64,000 nt of DNA from Gammaproteobacteria bacterium UBA2675 (GTDB lineage: Bacteria > Pseudomonadota > Gammaproteobacteria > Pseudomonadales > Pseudohongiellaceae). The notes under the pieces are model-generated. The model had not been told where the DNA came from and made no database searches. It worked only from the letters and a program-made list of their open reading frames with translations. The translations under genes were made by a program, and so were the position numbers. Below, in pieces: positions 55,126 to 64,000 of this stretch (the stretch's first letter is position 1; every line of letters starts with the position of its first letter). Location: positions 116,021-180,020 of the forward strand of contig DEMH01000015.1 in NCBI GenBank assembly GCA_002354805.1. Direction: 5' to 3'.

Positions 55126-57045
55126 TCAGGCGCGTTGGCGAACGCGTTGCAGTCGCTCTGAAAATGAGACGCGGTCCATTTCGGTTAGAGGACCACTGCA
55201 GATAAGTTGCATCTCAGCCTGCTGCACATTCTCCAGTCGTTCCTTCTGAGTCGCAGGCATTCTTCCCAGACCTTTCTGAAGCTGGTTCAGCTGCTGCTGC
55301 ATTCGCAGTGCTTTATCGCTGGTTGGGGAGTCCACACCGCACATGATCTCGGCATCCACGCAGAGTAATCGCATCGCGTCTGCCTGTTGCCGTGCGGCTG
55401 CCTTGATGGTCTTGCCGTCGTCCGGGGCTGCGGCGACGTGAGCAAGCAGTTGTTGAAGCCGCTGTTCGAGGAGGTTGCCAAGTGCCGGGTCACCCACTGA
55501 GTCAAAGGCCTGCCATTGAGCAGTGATTTCATCGGCAGTCTCGGTGACCGCTTTTTTGCCCAGCAGCTGTATTTCGAGTTTCTGACAGAACTCCGCACGT
55601 GCCGTAATCAGCTGCATCAGCTGCATGGTTTTTCTGTCGGGCAGTGTTTTCATTCTGGCATCAAACCGTCTGGCCAGTTTATTAAACTGCTCCTGGAGAT
55701 TCTTGCGCTGAGCCTTCATGTCGGGGCTAAGTGCTGCCCTGAAAGCCTTGCTGAGGTCGTTATACTGAGCTCTGGCGTCTGCAAACTGCTCGTCGTCGAG
55801 GGCCAGCAAGGCGCTGAGCTGTCCAAGGACCTTGCGTGCTTCATTCTCGGCTTTATTGCCCTGATTGCGCTGCTCGCGTGACACCTGGTCTCGGCGTGCG
55901 AACAGAGCATCGCAGGCACCTCTGAACTCGGCCCAGAGTTTGCGGTCATCCTGATAGGAGCCCGGGCCCAGGGCTTTCCACTCTGCCTGCAACTGTTTTG
56001 CCTGATTGATGGCCGCCGCCAGGTCAGCCTCTTCCACCAGCGCTTTGGCCTGGTCGATCAGCGCCTGTTTCTGAGCGTTGTGAAGTTGCAGGGCAGAGCG
56101 CTTCTGTTGTTTGAGGGCATTCAGGACGTTATTGAAGCGTTGCTGCAGGCCTTTGATCTTGTTCTGGGCAACTGGCGCAAACTTTTTCCAGTCTGTGCGT
56201 GCCTGCTGTTCCAGTTTGGCAGCTTCCTGAAGATCAATGGCCTGTTCAGGCTTGTCAGCCAGGGTGGCGACGTATGCCTCAAGCTGTTCACAGATATTGG
56301 TGCGGGCTATCAGGTTGGCGGCCTGTTTCTCTTTACGTTCTTTGAAATAGGCTTTACAGGGTTCAAACGCAGTTTTGCCCAGCTCACTGAATTGCAGCCA
56401 GAGCTCATCGTTGTCATCTGAATGACCCAGCAGTTTCCATTCGTCCTGTAACTCACGGATCAGTTTGGCCTTGGCAGCGGGGGCTGACTCGTCAGTTGTC
56501 AGCGCGCGCATTTTTTCGATCAGTTCGCGTTTCTTTTCTGATGCCGCGAACTTCTTCCAGTCCAGTAATTTGGTCAGCTCGGCTTTCAGCGGGGCGAGCA
56601 GTTCCTGCAGGCGCAGCTGTTCAGCTTCTGTCAGCTTCTTTAATGTATTCTGATTGCGATCCCAAAGACTTTGCGCTTCACGCAAACGTCCATCAGTCAG
56701 CAACTGCTGCAGTGTTGCCTGGGACTTTTCGACCTCCGACACCATGGATGCCTGCCAGGCGTGGTGCTGGGCAATTCGCTCGGCAACTGTACTGGCCAGT
56801 GCCTGCAGGGCGGGGTCGTCTGCACGAGACTCTTCGCTCATCAGGGCTGCCAGGCGGGTTTGCAGCACTAGCAATGTCGGCAGGTCTTTATGTGATGTAT
56901 TGGGAATAGCGTTCTGCAGCTTTTCCTGTTCGGACACAGATGGCCGCGCCGGACGACTTTCGGTGGCGTCTGCGGTGGGCGTATCAGGCTGGCTGGTTGC
57001 CTCCTGCTGGGTTACTGCGTCATCATGTGGTGTCGAAGAAGTCAT
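55126..57045 (-). CDS. DUF349-type repeat protein (coiled-coil rich, unknown function)
   Basis: Repeated modules of the form EWKxLGP...D..LWxxFxxAcdxFF, e.g. DEWKLLGHSDDNDELWLQFSELGKTAFEPCKAYF and AEWKALGPGSYQDDRKLWAEFRGACDALF. I chose ATG 57045 because it has a GGGAGAG SD. Confidence 0.75.
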   Translation of the reverse strand: MTSSTPHDDAVTQQEATSQPDTPTADATESRPARPSVSEQEKLQNAIPNTSHKDLPTLLVLQTRLAALMSEESRADDPALQALASTVAERIAQHHAWQASMVSEVEKSQATLQQLLTDGRLREAQSLWDRNQNTLKKLTEAEQLRLQELLAPLKAELTKLLDWKKFAASEKKRELIEKMRALTTDESAPAAKAKLIRELQDEWKLLGHSDDNDELWLQFSELGKTAFEPCKAYFKERKEKQAANLIARTNICEQLEAYVATLADKPEQAIDLQEAAKLEQQARTDWKKFAPVAQNKIKGLQQRFNNVLNALKQQKRSALQLHNAQKQALIDQAKALVEEADLAAAINQAKQLQAEWKALGPGSYQDDRKLWAEFRGACDALFARRDQVSREQRNQGNKAENEARKVLGQLSALLALDDEQFADARAQYNDLSKAFRAALSPDMKAQRKNLQEQFNKLARRFDARMKTLPDRKTMQLMQLITARAEFCQKLEIQLLGKKAVTETADEITAQWQAFDSVGDPALGNLLEQRLQQLLAHVAAAPDDGKTIKAAARQQADAMRLLCVDAEIMCGVDSPTSDKALRMQQQLNQLQKGLGRMPATQKERLENVQQAEMQLICSGPLTEMDRVSFSERLQRVRQRA

Positions 57046-57127
57046 AAAGGCTGCTCTCCCTGATCGGCCCCGTATCATACCAGACAGGTGCTATAATCAC
57101 AGCACAGTCTTATCAAGTTGCCAGTTA

Positions 57128-59272
57128 ATGCTCCCCACCGAAGTCAAGGACGAAATCCAGCGCGCCTACAAACAGATCGTCTCAGCCAGGTCGCTGCGAC
57201 CGCGCTATGGCCAACGGCTGATGATTGCCGAGATTGCCCGCGCGTTGAGCGAAGTGGTAGTGGACAATGAAACAGATGATGACGGGAATGAGCATACACC
57301 GCCCATTTGTGTGGTCGAAGCCGGGACCGGCACTGGTAAAACCCTGGCCTATGTCCTCGCTGCATTGCCGCTGGCCAGACATTTAAATAAAAAGGTGGTC
57401 CTGGCTACCGCAACCGTTGCGCTGCAGGAGCAGGTGACGCAGCGCGATCTTCCCGACATTCTCAAACACAGTGGCCTGAGCTTCAGTTTTACGCTGGCAA
57501 AGGGCAGGGGGCGTTATGTCTGCCTGTCACGTCTGGACCAGGTTCTTAAGGGCAACGCCAGTGAGAACGCCCTGTTCGAACTTTTTGGTGATGTTGTTGA
57601 TGGGATGGGCGCCGCCGGGCGTGATAACCAGGCTTTGTACCAGCGAATGCTGGACAAAATTGCTGACGGCAGCTGGCAGGGCGACCGGGACGACTGGGAA
57701 GGCGTGTTGAGGGAAGATGAGTGGCGACCGGTGACGGTCGAGGCAGGGCAATGTGCTGGCCAGAAGTGCAGTAACTACAGCCGTTGCTGTTTCTATCAGG
57801 CGCGCGATCAGGTGCAAAGCGCAGACTGTGTGGTGGCCAACCACGATCTGGTGCTGGTTGATCTGGCCTTTGGCGGGGGCGCGATTCTGCCAGCACCGGA
57901 AGACACCATCTATATATTTGATGAAGCGCACCATTTACCGGTAAAGGCTAACCAGCATTTTGCAGCCAGCACCAGGCTAAACGGTTCGCTGCAATGGCTG
58001 GAAACTGTCAGCAAAACATTGAGCAAGCTGGTGGCCGACACGCGCCTTCCCGACAACGATACCCTGCGACGCGAATCACGTAAACTTGATCCGGTTGTCC
58101 AGCAGTTGCGGCAAATGCTGGTGGATGCGCGCTTGATGCTGGAGCCGCTTTGCCCGGAAGAAGGCGAGGGCATCTTCAGTTTTGAGCTCGGGCGAGTGCC
58201 GGACGAGGTCCGCGAGCAGGCTGTGCAGATGGCCGCTGGGCACTTTCGCCTGACACGAGGTCTGAAAGAGATGGTGACTCACCTGCGCCGCTTGATTGAG
58301 GATGCCCAGACGCTGCCGGAACGTCAGCAGGCTGAACAATGGTTTCCGGTTCTGGGTGGTATGGCCAGCCGGGCCGAGGCCGCAGAAAAACTCTGGCAGA
58401 CCTTTGCGGCCCAGGATCAGCAGGAAAGTGCACCGGCCGCGCGCTGGATGGCCTGGCTGGATGCCGGTGAGAATAGAGACCTGTCGCTTAACAGCAGTCC
58501 GGTGCTGGCCGACCGCACATTGACGGAACATTTGTGGTCGCGCTGTGCCGGTGCCGTGCTGACTTCAGCAACCCTGTCGGCATTGGGCAATTTTGACGTG
58601 CTGACGATGCGCAGTGGTTTGCCAGCCCATACGGTCTATCACCATATCGACAGCCCCTTCGACTATGCAGGCGCGGCGCGGCTGACCATCCCTAAAATGA
58701 ACTGTGATCCGGGCAATGCGGCGGCTCACACCGAAGCCATCATTAGCTGGCTGCCCAAGCTGATAGATCCTTCAGAGGCAACGCTGGTGCTTTTCAGTTC
58801 ACGCAGGCAGTTGCAGGAAGTGTTGGATGGCTTGAAGGCGCCCTGGCGTGAGCATGTGCTTAATCAGGATGACTACCAAAAGGCTCAGTTGCTGACTTAC
58901 CATCGCCAGCGAATCGACAGGGGGCAGCCCAGTATCATTTTCGGACTGGCCAGCTTTGCCGAGGGTGTGGACTTACCCGGCGATTACTGTCGCCATGTAG
59001 TTATCGCCAAAATACCATTTGCGGTACCCAACGACCCGATTGAAGCGACGCTGTCGCAATGGCTGCAGCAACAGGGTAAAAATCCCTTCATGACCCTGTC
59101 GGTGCCGGAAGCAGCGTTTCGGCTGGTACAGGCCACCGGTCGACTGTTGCGCAGCGAAACTGACAGCGGACGTATTACCATCCTTGATGAGCGGCTGGTG
59201 AACAAGTTCTACGGCAAGGCCATTCTGGATTCATTGCCGCCTTATCGACGCGAGATTTTTCCTCGCGTGTAG
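57128..59272 (+). CDS. dinG: ATP-dependent DNA helicase DinG
   Basis: Walker A EAGTGTGKT; Fe-S cysteines (YVCLSRL, CAGQKCSNYSRCCFY); DEAH box FDEAHHL. The real start is ATG 57128; the track ORF start at 56654 is an antisense-derived extension. Confidence 0.9.
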   Translation: MLPTEVKDEIQRAYKQIVSARSLRPRYGQRLMIAEIARALSEVVVDNETDDDGNEHTPPICVVEAGTGTGKTLAYVLAALPLARHLNKKVVLATATVALQEQVTQRDLPDILKHSGLSFSFTLAKGRGRYVCLSRLDQVLKGNASENALFELFGDVVDGMGAAGRDNQALYQRMLDKIADGSWQGDRDDWEGVLREDEWRPVTVEAGQCAGQKCSNYSRCCFYQARDQVQSADCVVANHDLVLVDLAFGGGAILPAPEDTIYIFDEAHHLPVKANQHFAASTRLNGSLQWLETVSKTLSKLVADTRLPDNDTLRRESRKLDPVVQQLRQMLVDARLMLEPLCPEEGEGIFSFELGRVPDEVREQAVQMAAGHFRLTRGLKEMVTHLRRLIEDAQTLPERQQAEQWFPVLGGMASRAEAAEKLWQTFAAQDQQESAPAARWMAWLDAGENRDLSLNSSPVLADRTLTEHLWSRCAGAVLTSATLSALGNFDVLTMRSGLPAHTVYHHIDSPFDYAGAARLTIPKMNCDPGNAAAHTEAIISWLPKLIDPSEATLVLFSSRRQLQEVLDGLKAPWREHVLNQDDYQKAQLLTYHRQRIDRGQPSIIFGLASFAEGVDLPGDYCRHVVIAKIPFAVPNDPIEATLSQWLQQQGKNPFMTLSVPEAAFRLVQATGRLLRSETDSGRITILDERLVNKFYGKAILDSLPPYRREIFPRV

Positions 59273-59472
59273 GCAATACCATTCCGTTTGTCGACGTGAT
59301 AACCAATGGCAGCGCCCACCACCAGACCAGCAAGCGTCATCCATAATACGCTACTGGCGAGAGCACCAAGACCGAAGCCCAGGAAAAGTCCGGCTGTCAG
59401 GCTCATCGGTATCAGTGCAGTGCTTGTTTTTGCAGTTCGGGCTTTGCTTTTTCTACGGGGTGCTTTGGCCAT
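59242..59472 (-). CDS. possible small (76 aa) Gly-zipper membrane protein
   Basis: MAKAPRRKSKARTAKTSTALIPMSLTAGLFLGFGLGALASSVLWMTLAGLVVGAAIGY...; GGAGGA lies 11 nt upstream of the ATG. It overlaps the PPIase 3' end by 20 nt and the dinG 3' end by 31 nt, so it may be spurious. Confidence 0.3.
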   Translation of the reverse strand: MAKAPRRKSKARTAKTSTALIPMSLTAGLFLGFGLGALASSVLWMTLAGLVVGAAIGYHVDKRNGIAYTRGKISRR

Positions 59473-60322
59473 TATTGATTGTGTCCTCCGCGGGAGTAAC
59501 GCTAACGGGTCTGACTTGATATACACGCACACTGGCATTCGGATAACGACCAATCTGCTCGACGACATCCATGCCTGACGCTACCCGACCCACCACCGTG
59601 TGGGTGCCTGTCAGCCAGGGCGCATCTCTCAGCAGGATGACCAGTTCGCCATCATTGGTATTGGGACCATAGTTCGCCATTACTACACTGCCTGCCAGCG
59701 GTCGGCGGGATGCCAGCGTACCATCATAGCGATAGCCCATTTGCTCGTAAGCCTGCAACAGATTCATGTTGCGCAACTGCCCGAGCACTTCATCCTGACG
59801 TTGTACCAGCTGTGACTCATTGCTGATATTCAGGCGACGATACAATGGCATCAACAGTTTGCTCTGAAAATCCATCTGGTCCCGTATATTCAGCCAGGCA
59901 TGGGGCCTGCCACCCGGGTCAAGCACCTGTTGCTGTTCCAGACCCAGACCGCGGGCGTTAATCTCATCACGCACAGTTGTTGCTGGACGCTCGCGTCCCG
60001 CCCGCTCTGGTGCGCCGAGTTGAATCAGAGTGTCGTTGACTGAACGATGGAAGGTCAGATTGTCATAATAAGCACGCTCGGCAGCGGCAAGCTGGCGTAC
60101 CCGTTCGACGTTTAGTGGTGCAGCATCGGGAAACAATTCGAGCTGAATATCGCCCAGCGAGCTGCTTATTTCCAGCAGGGGGTTGCGTGGATTGTTCATC
60201 GTCGGTTCGTTGAACGATTGAGCCGGCACCATGGAACTAAAGCCGACAACCAACACGCAAAGCGCCAGCAGTGCGCAGAGACGACGGGGATTAATCTGAT
60301 TGTTCCGTAAGATCGCAGTCAT
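59453..60322 (-). CDS. periplasmic cyclophilin-type peptidyl-prolyl cis-trans isomerase (long form)
   Basis: Signal peptide; FHRSV..LIQLG; MANYGPNTNDGELVILLRDAPWLTGTHTVVGRVASGMDVV. Confidence 0.8.
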   Translation of the reverse strand: MTAILRNNQINPRRLCALLALCVLVVGFSSMVPAQSFNEPTMNNPRNPLLEISSSLGDIQLELFPDAAPLNVERVRQLAAAERAYYDNLTFHRSVNDTLIQLGAPERAGRERPATTVRDEINARGLGLEQQQVLDPGGRPHAWLNIRDQMDFQSKLLMPLYRRLNISNESQLVQRQDEVLGQLRNMNLLQAYEQMGYRYDGTLASRRPLAGSVVMANYGPNTNDGELVILLRDAPWLTGTHTVVGRVASGMDVVEQIGRYPNASVRVYQVRPVSVTPAEDTINNGQSTP

Positions 60323-60331
60323 GGCGCCATT

Positions 60332-60976
60332 CTAGGCCAGATCGTGCGGCTGGTCGATATCCTGTAGAACGCCAGGATCATCAACGGGCAGGAGGTGTAC
60401 TGCATCAGGTCGGGCTCCGAGCAGCTTGCGAGCTCCGGTGTCACCTTGGCAGTTTCGCAGGTCCTCGAAAAAATCTCGTCCAAAACCGACAGGGTGGCCG
60501 CGTCGCCCCTGGTAAGTGGGGATGACAATGTTGTCCGGCTCGCAGTGTTGCAGTATCTGGCTGTAGGTGTCGGCGGCAATGTAGGGCATGTCGGCAAGAC
60601 AGATAAGACAACTGGACCAGTGGGCCGGAATGTGACACGCCCCCGTCGCCAGCGTTCTGCCCATGCCTTCGTCAGCCTGTGGACACAAGACCAGCTTCAC
60701 TCGGCATGGGTCAGTGGACTGCAGTTGTTCATAAACACCCAGTTGTGCTAATTCAGCTCTGCCGACCACAATCACTTCTGGTGCTGCAGCTAACAGGTTG
60801 CGAAGTGTTCTTGCAAACAGCGTGTTCCCGTCTGGCAGCTCGGCTGCCAGCTTGATGCTGCCGAAGCGTCGGCTGAAGCCTGCTGCCAGCAGCATGGCGC
60901 CGCCTGTGCGGGTGGGCTGGGTGCGCCTGGAGGAAGTGCCGGACGCGGCATTGTCAGACAGATGTGTGCCAGACAT
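60332..60976 (-). CDS. MobA/MocA-like nucleotidyltransferase (molybdenum cofactor cytidylyl/guanylyl-transferase family)
   Basis: LLAAGFSRRFG, LICLADMPYI, GRRGHPVGF. The start is uncertain (60976 or about 60895). Confidence 0.7.
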   Translation of the reverse strand: MSGTHLSDNAASGTSSRRTQPTRTGGAMLLAAGFSRRFGSIKLAAELPDGNTLFARTLRNLLAAAPEVIVVGRAELAQLGVYEQLQSTDPCRVKLVLCPQADEGMGRTLATGACHIPAHWSSCLICLADMPYIAADTYSQILQHCEPDNIVIPTYQGRRGHPVGFGRDFFEDLRNCQGDTGARKLLGARPDAVHLLPVDDPGVLQDIDQPHDLA

Positions 60977-61080
60977 AGTTCTAGAACCATAATGACATGG
61001 AGGAAGACACAGCGGTATCCGGCCTGGATGGTATGGCGAAAGACCACCCAGGCCGGACCCGATGTGTTAACTCTGCCCGA

Positions 61081-62508
61081 TCAATCCCAGCTCAGTGCAC
61101 CACCGGTCTGGTATTCGATGACACGTGTTTCGAAGAAGTTCTTCTCTTTGCGCAGATCCATGATTTCCGACATCCATGGGAAGGGGTTCTTCACACCCTT
61201 GAACTGCTCGGGCAGTCCAATCTGGACCAGGCGACGATTGGCAATGAACTGCAGATACTCTTCCATCATGACAGCGTTCATACCCAATACACCGCGTGGC
61301 ATGGTGTCACGTGCGTATTCAATTTCCAGCTGGGTAGCCTGCAGTATCATGCGAGTTGCATCACGCTTCATGGCATCGTCCCACAATTGCGGGTTTTCGA
61401 TCTTGATCTGGTTGATCATGTCGATGCCGAAGTTCAGGTGCATGGACTCGTCACGCAGAATGTACTGGAACTGCTCGGAAGTACCCGTCATCTTGTTGCG
61501 GCGACCCATGGACAGAATCTGGGTAAATCCGCAATAAAAGAAAATACCTTCCAGACAGCAATAGAAGGCAATCAGGTTCTTCAAAAGTGCCTTGTCGGTT
61601 TCTGGTGTACCCGTCGTAAAGTTGGGATCACTCAATTCCTGGGTGTACTTCAGACCCCAGGAAGCCTTTTTGGCGACCGAAGGGATCTCATGGTACATGT
61701 TGAAGATTTCGCCTTCGTCCATACCCAGTGACTCAATGCAGTACTGGTAGGCATGGGTGTGAATGGCTTCCTCAAATGCCTGACGCAGAATGTACTGACG
61801 GCACTCCGGGTTGGTGATCAGGCGGTAGATGGCCAGCACCAGGTTGTTGGCAACCAGCGAATCGGCGGTGGAGAAGAAACCCAGGTTACGCTTGACGATC
61901 AGCCTTTCGTCCGGCGTCAGCCCATTGGCGCTTTTCCAGAGCGCGATATCCGCGTTCATGTTGATTTCCTGCGGCATCCAGTGATTGGCGCAGCCATCAA
62001 GGTATTTTTGCCAGGCCCAGTCATACTTGAACGGCACCAGCTGGTTCAGGTCAGCGCGGCAGTTGATCATGCGCTTGTCGTCAACGGATACGCGTTCCGT
62101 CCACTCTTCAAGCTCCTGCTGACCGGCGCTGATGTCCAGCTTTTCCAGCTCGGCGTGAGCCTGTGCCAGAACGCGCTGGTTATTGGCTTCTGCCTTGGCA
62201 TCTGAAGATGCGTTGGCAGGCAGTTCCGTCTGGGTTGGCTCTGGCGCCAGGGCCTCGTCCATGGCCTGCATGGTACGGGCGGCTGCCAGCGCTTCATTGT
62301 AGCTGGACGCCGTCTGTTCGGAGACACGTGGTGCCACTGATGAGGCGACACTGTGGTGGCTGGCCTGCGCCGCAGCGGTTGCTGCCGCCTGACTGGCAGC
62401 TGCGCTTGCCGGCTGTGAGGTGGCGCGGGCGGGTTGGGCTGGTTTTGCCGCCGCCTTGTCGTCGTCCAACGAAGTCGGATCGTCGTAGAACTCATCCCAA
62501 GAAATCAT
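61081..62508 (-). CDS. nrdB: class Ia ribonucleotide reductase beta subunit with a long low-complexity N-terminal extension
   Basis: Conserved core [35 protein letters not shown]...EEAIHTHAY...[10 protein letters not shown]...RDESMH. ATG 62508 has an AGGGGG SD. The track start at 62619 would overlap nrdA. Confidence 0.9.
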   Translation of the reverse strand: MISWDEFYDDPTSLDDDKAAAKPAQPARATSQPASAAASQAAATAAAQASHHSVASSVAPRVSEQTASSYNEALAAARTMQAMDEALAPEPTQTELPANASSDAKAEANNQRVLAQAHAELEKLDISAGQQELEEWTERVSVDDKRMINCRADLNQLVPFKYDWAWQKYLDGCANHWMPQEINMNADIALWKSANGLTPDERLIVKRNLGFFSTADSLVANNLVLAIYRLITNPECRQYILRQAFEEAIHTHAYQYCIESLGMDEGEIFNMYHEIPSVAKKASWGLKYTQELSDPNFTTGTPETDKALLKNLIAFYCCLEGIFFYCGFTQILSMGRRNKMTGTSEQFQYILRDESMHLNFGIDMINQIKIENPQLWDDAMKRDATRMILQATQLEIEYARDTMPRGVLGMNAVMMEEYLQFIANRRLVQIGLPEQFKGVKNPFPWMSEIMDLRKEKNFFETRVIEYQTGGALSWD

Positions 62509-62536
62509 GTTAACCCCCTGATTTTGAAATTTATTA

Positions 62537-64000
62537 TCACTGACATGCTTCGCAGTCAGGGTCATCGATAGAGCAGGCCTGAGGTACCGGTGCTGGCTCT
62601 GGTGTGCTGGAAACGGCATTCAATTTGCTACCCGCGACCGTCGACTTCTCGGTGCTGGTTGCCGCCAGAGAGCGCAGGTAATACGTAGTCTTAAGACCGC
62701 GCAACCAGGCCATGCGATAGGTGATGTCCAGCTTCTTGCCGTTGGCACCCGAGATATACAGGTTCAGCGACTGTGCCTGATCGATCCACTTCTGGCGGCG
62801 ACTGGCGGCATCTACCAGCCAGCGGGGCTCGACTTCGAACGCAGTGGCGTACAGATCTTTAAGGTGCTGCGGGATACGATCGATCTGCTGTACGCTGCCA
62901 TCGTAGTACTTCAGGTCGTTAACCATGACGTTGTCCCACAGATCCAGTGCCTTCAGGTCGCGGATCAGGTAGGGGTTAACCACGGTGAATTCGCCTGACA
63001 GGTTCGATTTGACGTACAGGTTCTGGTAGGTCGGTTCGATTGACTGCGATACACCCGAGATATTGGCGATGGTCGCAGTCGGCGCTATTGCCAGTACGTT
63101 GGAGTTGCGCATGCCGGTCTGGGCAATGCGCTGTCGCAGTGCTTCCCAGTCCTGGGTCTGACCCATATCGACTTCCAGATACTTCTCACCGCGCACTTCC
63201 TGCAGCAGCTTCAGTGAGTCGATTGGCAGTATGCCCTGATCCCACAGTGAACCCTTGTAGGACTGGTAGGGACCGCGCTCTTCGGCCAGATCAGTGGATG
63301 CCTGAATGGCATAGTAGCTGATGACTTCCATGGAGCGGTCAGCAAATTCAACCGCCTGGTCGGAACCGTAAGCAATGCGCTGGGCATACAGTGCGTCCTG
63401 GAAGCCCATCACACCCATGCCCACCGGACGGTGCTTGAGGTTGGAGTTTTCCGCCTGCGGCACCGAGTAGTAGTTGATGTCGATAACGTTATCCAGCATG
63501 CGCACAGCTGTTTTGATGGTGCGCTGCAATTTTTCGGTGTCCAGCCCCTGCTCAGTGACATGGTTGACCAGGTTGACCGAGCCCAGGTTACAGACCGCGA
63601 TTTCGTCAGCACTGGTGTTCAGTGTGATTTCCGTACACAGGTTTGATGAATGAATGGTGCCGACATGCTGCTGCGGTGAGCGCACGTTGCACGCATCCTT
63701 GAAGGTGATCCACGGGTGTCCGGTCTCGAACAGCATGGACAGCATCTTGCGCCACAGATCCTTGGCACGCACGGTTTTGTAGATTTCCATTTCGCCAGCA
63801 GCTGCCTTGCGCTCGTACTCTTCGTAGGCACGCTCGAATGCTTCGCCATGCAGGTCGTGCAGTTCAGGTACATTGTTGGGAGAGAACAGCGTCCACTCGC
63901 CGTCATCAAACACGCGCTTCATGAAGAGGTCGGGAATCCAGTTGGCCGTATTCATGTCGTGAGTACGACGACGGTCATCACCGGTGTTCTTGCGCAGCTC
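62537..64000 (-). CDS. nrdA: class Ia ribonucleotide reductase alpha subunit, C-terminal part (5' end outside the window)
   Basis: The frame is open to the window edge ([30 protein letters not shown]...). NLCTEI active-site segment; C-terminal redox Cys pair CEAC. Confidence 0.9.
   Translation of the reverse strand, partial: ELRKNTGDDRRRTHDMNTANWIPDLFMKRVFDDGEWTLFSPNNVPELHDLHGEAFERAYEEYERKAAAGEMEIYKTVRAKDLWRKMLSMLFETGHPWITFKDACNVRSPQQHVGTIHSSNLCTEITLNTSADEIAVCNLGSVNLVNHVTEQGLDTEKLQRTIKTAVRMLDNVIDINYYSVPQAENSNLKHRPVGMGVMGFQDALYAQRIAYGSDQAVEFADRSMEVISYYAIQASTDLAEERGPYQSYKGSLWDQGILPIDSLKLLQEVRGEKYLEVDMGQTQDWEALRQRIAQTGMRNSNVLAIAPTATIANISGVSQSIEPTYQNLYVKSNLSGEFTVVNPYLIRDLKALDLWDNVMVNDLKYYDGSVQQIDRIPQHLKDLYATAFEVEPRWLVDAASRRQKWIDQAQSLNLYISGANGKKLDITYRMAWLRGLKTTYYLRSLAATSTEKSTVAGSKLNAVSSTPEPAPVPQACSIDDPDCEACQ

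Noticed and set aside
56654-57127. N-terminal 158 codons of the 872-aa track ORF that would extend dinG over the DUF349 gene.
   Set aside because: This part is antisense to the DUF349 coding region and is Cys/Ser/Ala-rich nonsense. DinG homology begins at MLPTEVKDEIQ (ATG 57128), downstream of a TGCTATAAT extended -10 element.
57046-57127. SOS (LexA) box expected upstream of dinG.
   Set aside because: No CTG-N10-CAG / CTGT-N8-ACAG element occurs on either strand in this interval.
62509-62619. Upstream extension of the nrdB ORF overlapping the nrdA 3' end.
   Set aside because: The conserved NrdB head MISWDEF starts at ATG 62508 with an AGGGGG SD. The extension would overlap nrdA by 83 nt.
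1-64000. Window-wide search for CRISPR arrays, tRNA/rRNA genes, IS elements, integrases, phage genes, toxin-antitoxin pairs, and defence-system hallmarks (reverse transcriptase, large ATPase/nuclease pairs).
   Set aside because: None were found by eye. There are no direct-repeat/spacer arrays, no transposase or recombinase motifs in any listed ORF, and no clover-leaf-like segments in the intergenic regions.

Overview
This is a 64-kb chromosomal segment from a moderately GC-rich Gram-negative bacterium. Gene content suggests a marine-type gammaproteobacterium: two TonB-dependent receptors, PQQ quinoproteins, Pseudomonas-like NrdAB and PilU, and RND and MATE pumps. That assignment is inference only. 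I support about 50 protein-coding genes. I found no rRNA, tRNA, CRISPR array, transposase, integrase or phage gene, so the window looks like core or metabolic-accessory chromosome rather than a mobile island. All product calls come from motif recognition in the supplied translations and my own re-translation; no database search was possible. The gene content falls into six groups. (1) Acyl-CoA and lipid metabolism: MaoC dehydratase, acyl-CoA synthetase, large acyl-CoA dehydrogenase, KAS III, 3-hydroxyacyl-CoA-type SDR and a racemase-like CoA-transferase. (2) Envelope transport: 2 TBDRs, an RND pump with its adaptor, MATE, CorA and an NTT-like transporter. (3) Periplasmic redox enzymes: a Tat-exported flavin amine oxidase, a diheme cytochrome c, a secreted RidA and two PQQ/heme dehydrogenases. 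(4) c-di-GMP signalling. (5) Housekeeping genes: ibpA, csp, ilvD, ppa, pyrB, sbcB, dinG, nrdAB and ogt. (6) A few unknowns. The best candidate for something undescribed is a single ORF (47437..49170, minus strand). It fuses an apparently catalytically intact alpha-methylacyl-CoA-racemase-like family III CoA-transferase, through a coiled coil, to a GGDEF domain. The GGDEF active site is degenerate (GDREF) but its RxxD I-site is intact, which suggests a c-di-GMP-responsive acyl-CoA enzyme. The second candidate is a dispersed periplasmic 'oxidative deamination' gene set. It comprises a Tat-exported flavin amine oxidase, a terminator-bracketed operon of diheme cytochrome c plus signal-peptide RidA imine deaminase, a TBDR, a CadC-like one-component regulator, and a small secreted protein behind a perfect FNR/Anr box. 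Other observations: an outer-membrane beta-barrel gene split by one in-frame TAG; a ROSE-like RNA thermometer with a sigma32-like promoter at ibpA; an orphan minus-strand terminator suggesting a small RNA; a triple TGACA-N3-TGTCA operator array in the TetR/RND divergent region; a receiver-CheC-like regulator paired with a PAS-GGDEF cyclase; and a real gene at the left edge that the supplied ORF track misses.
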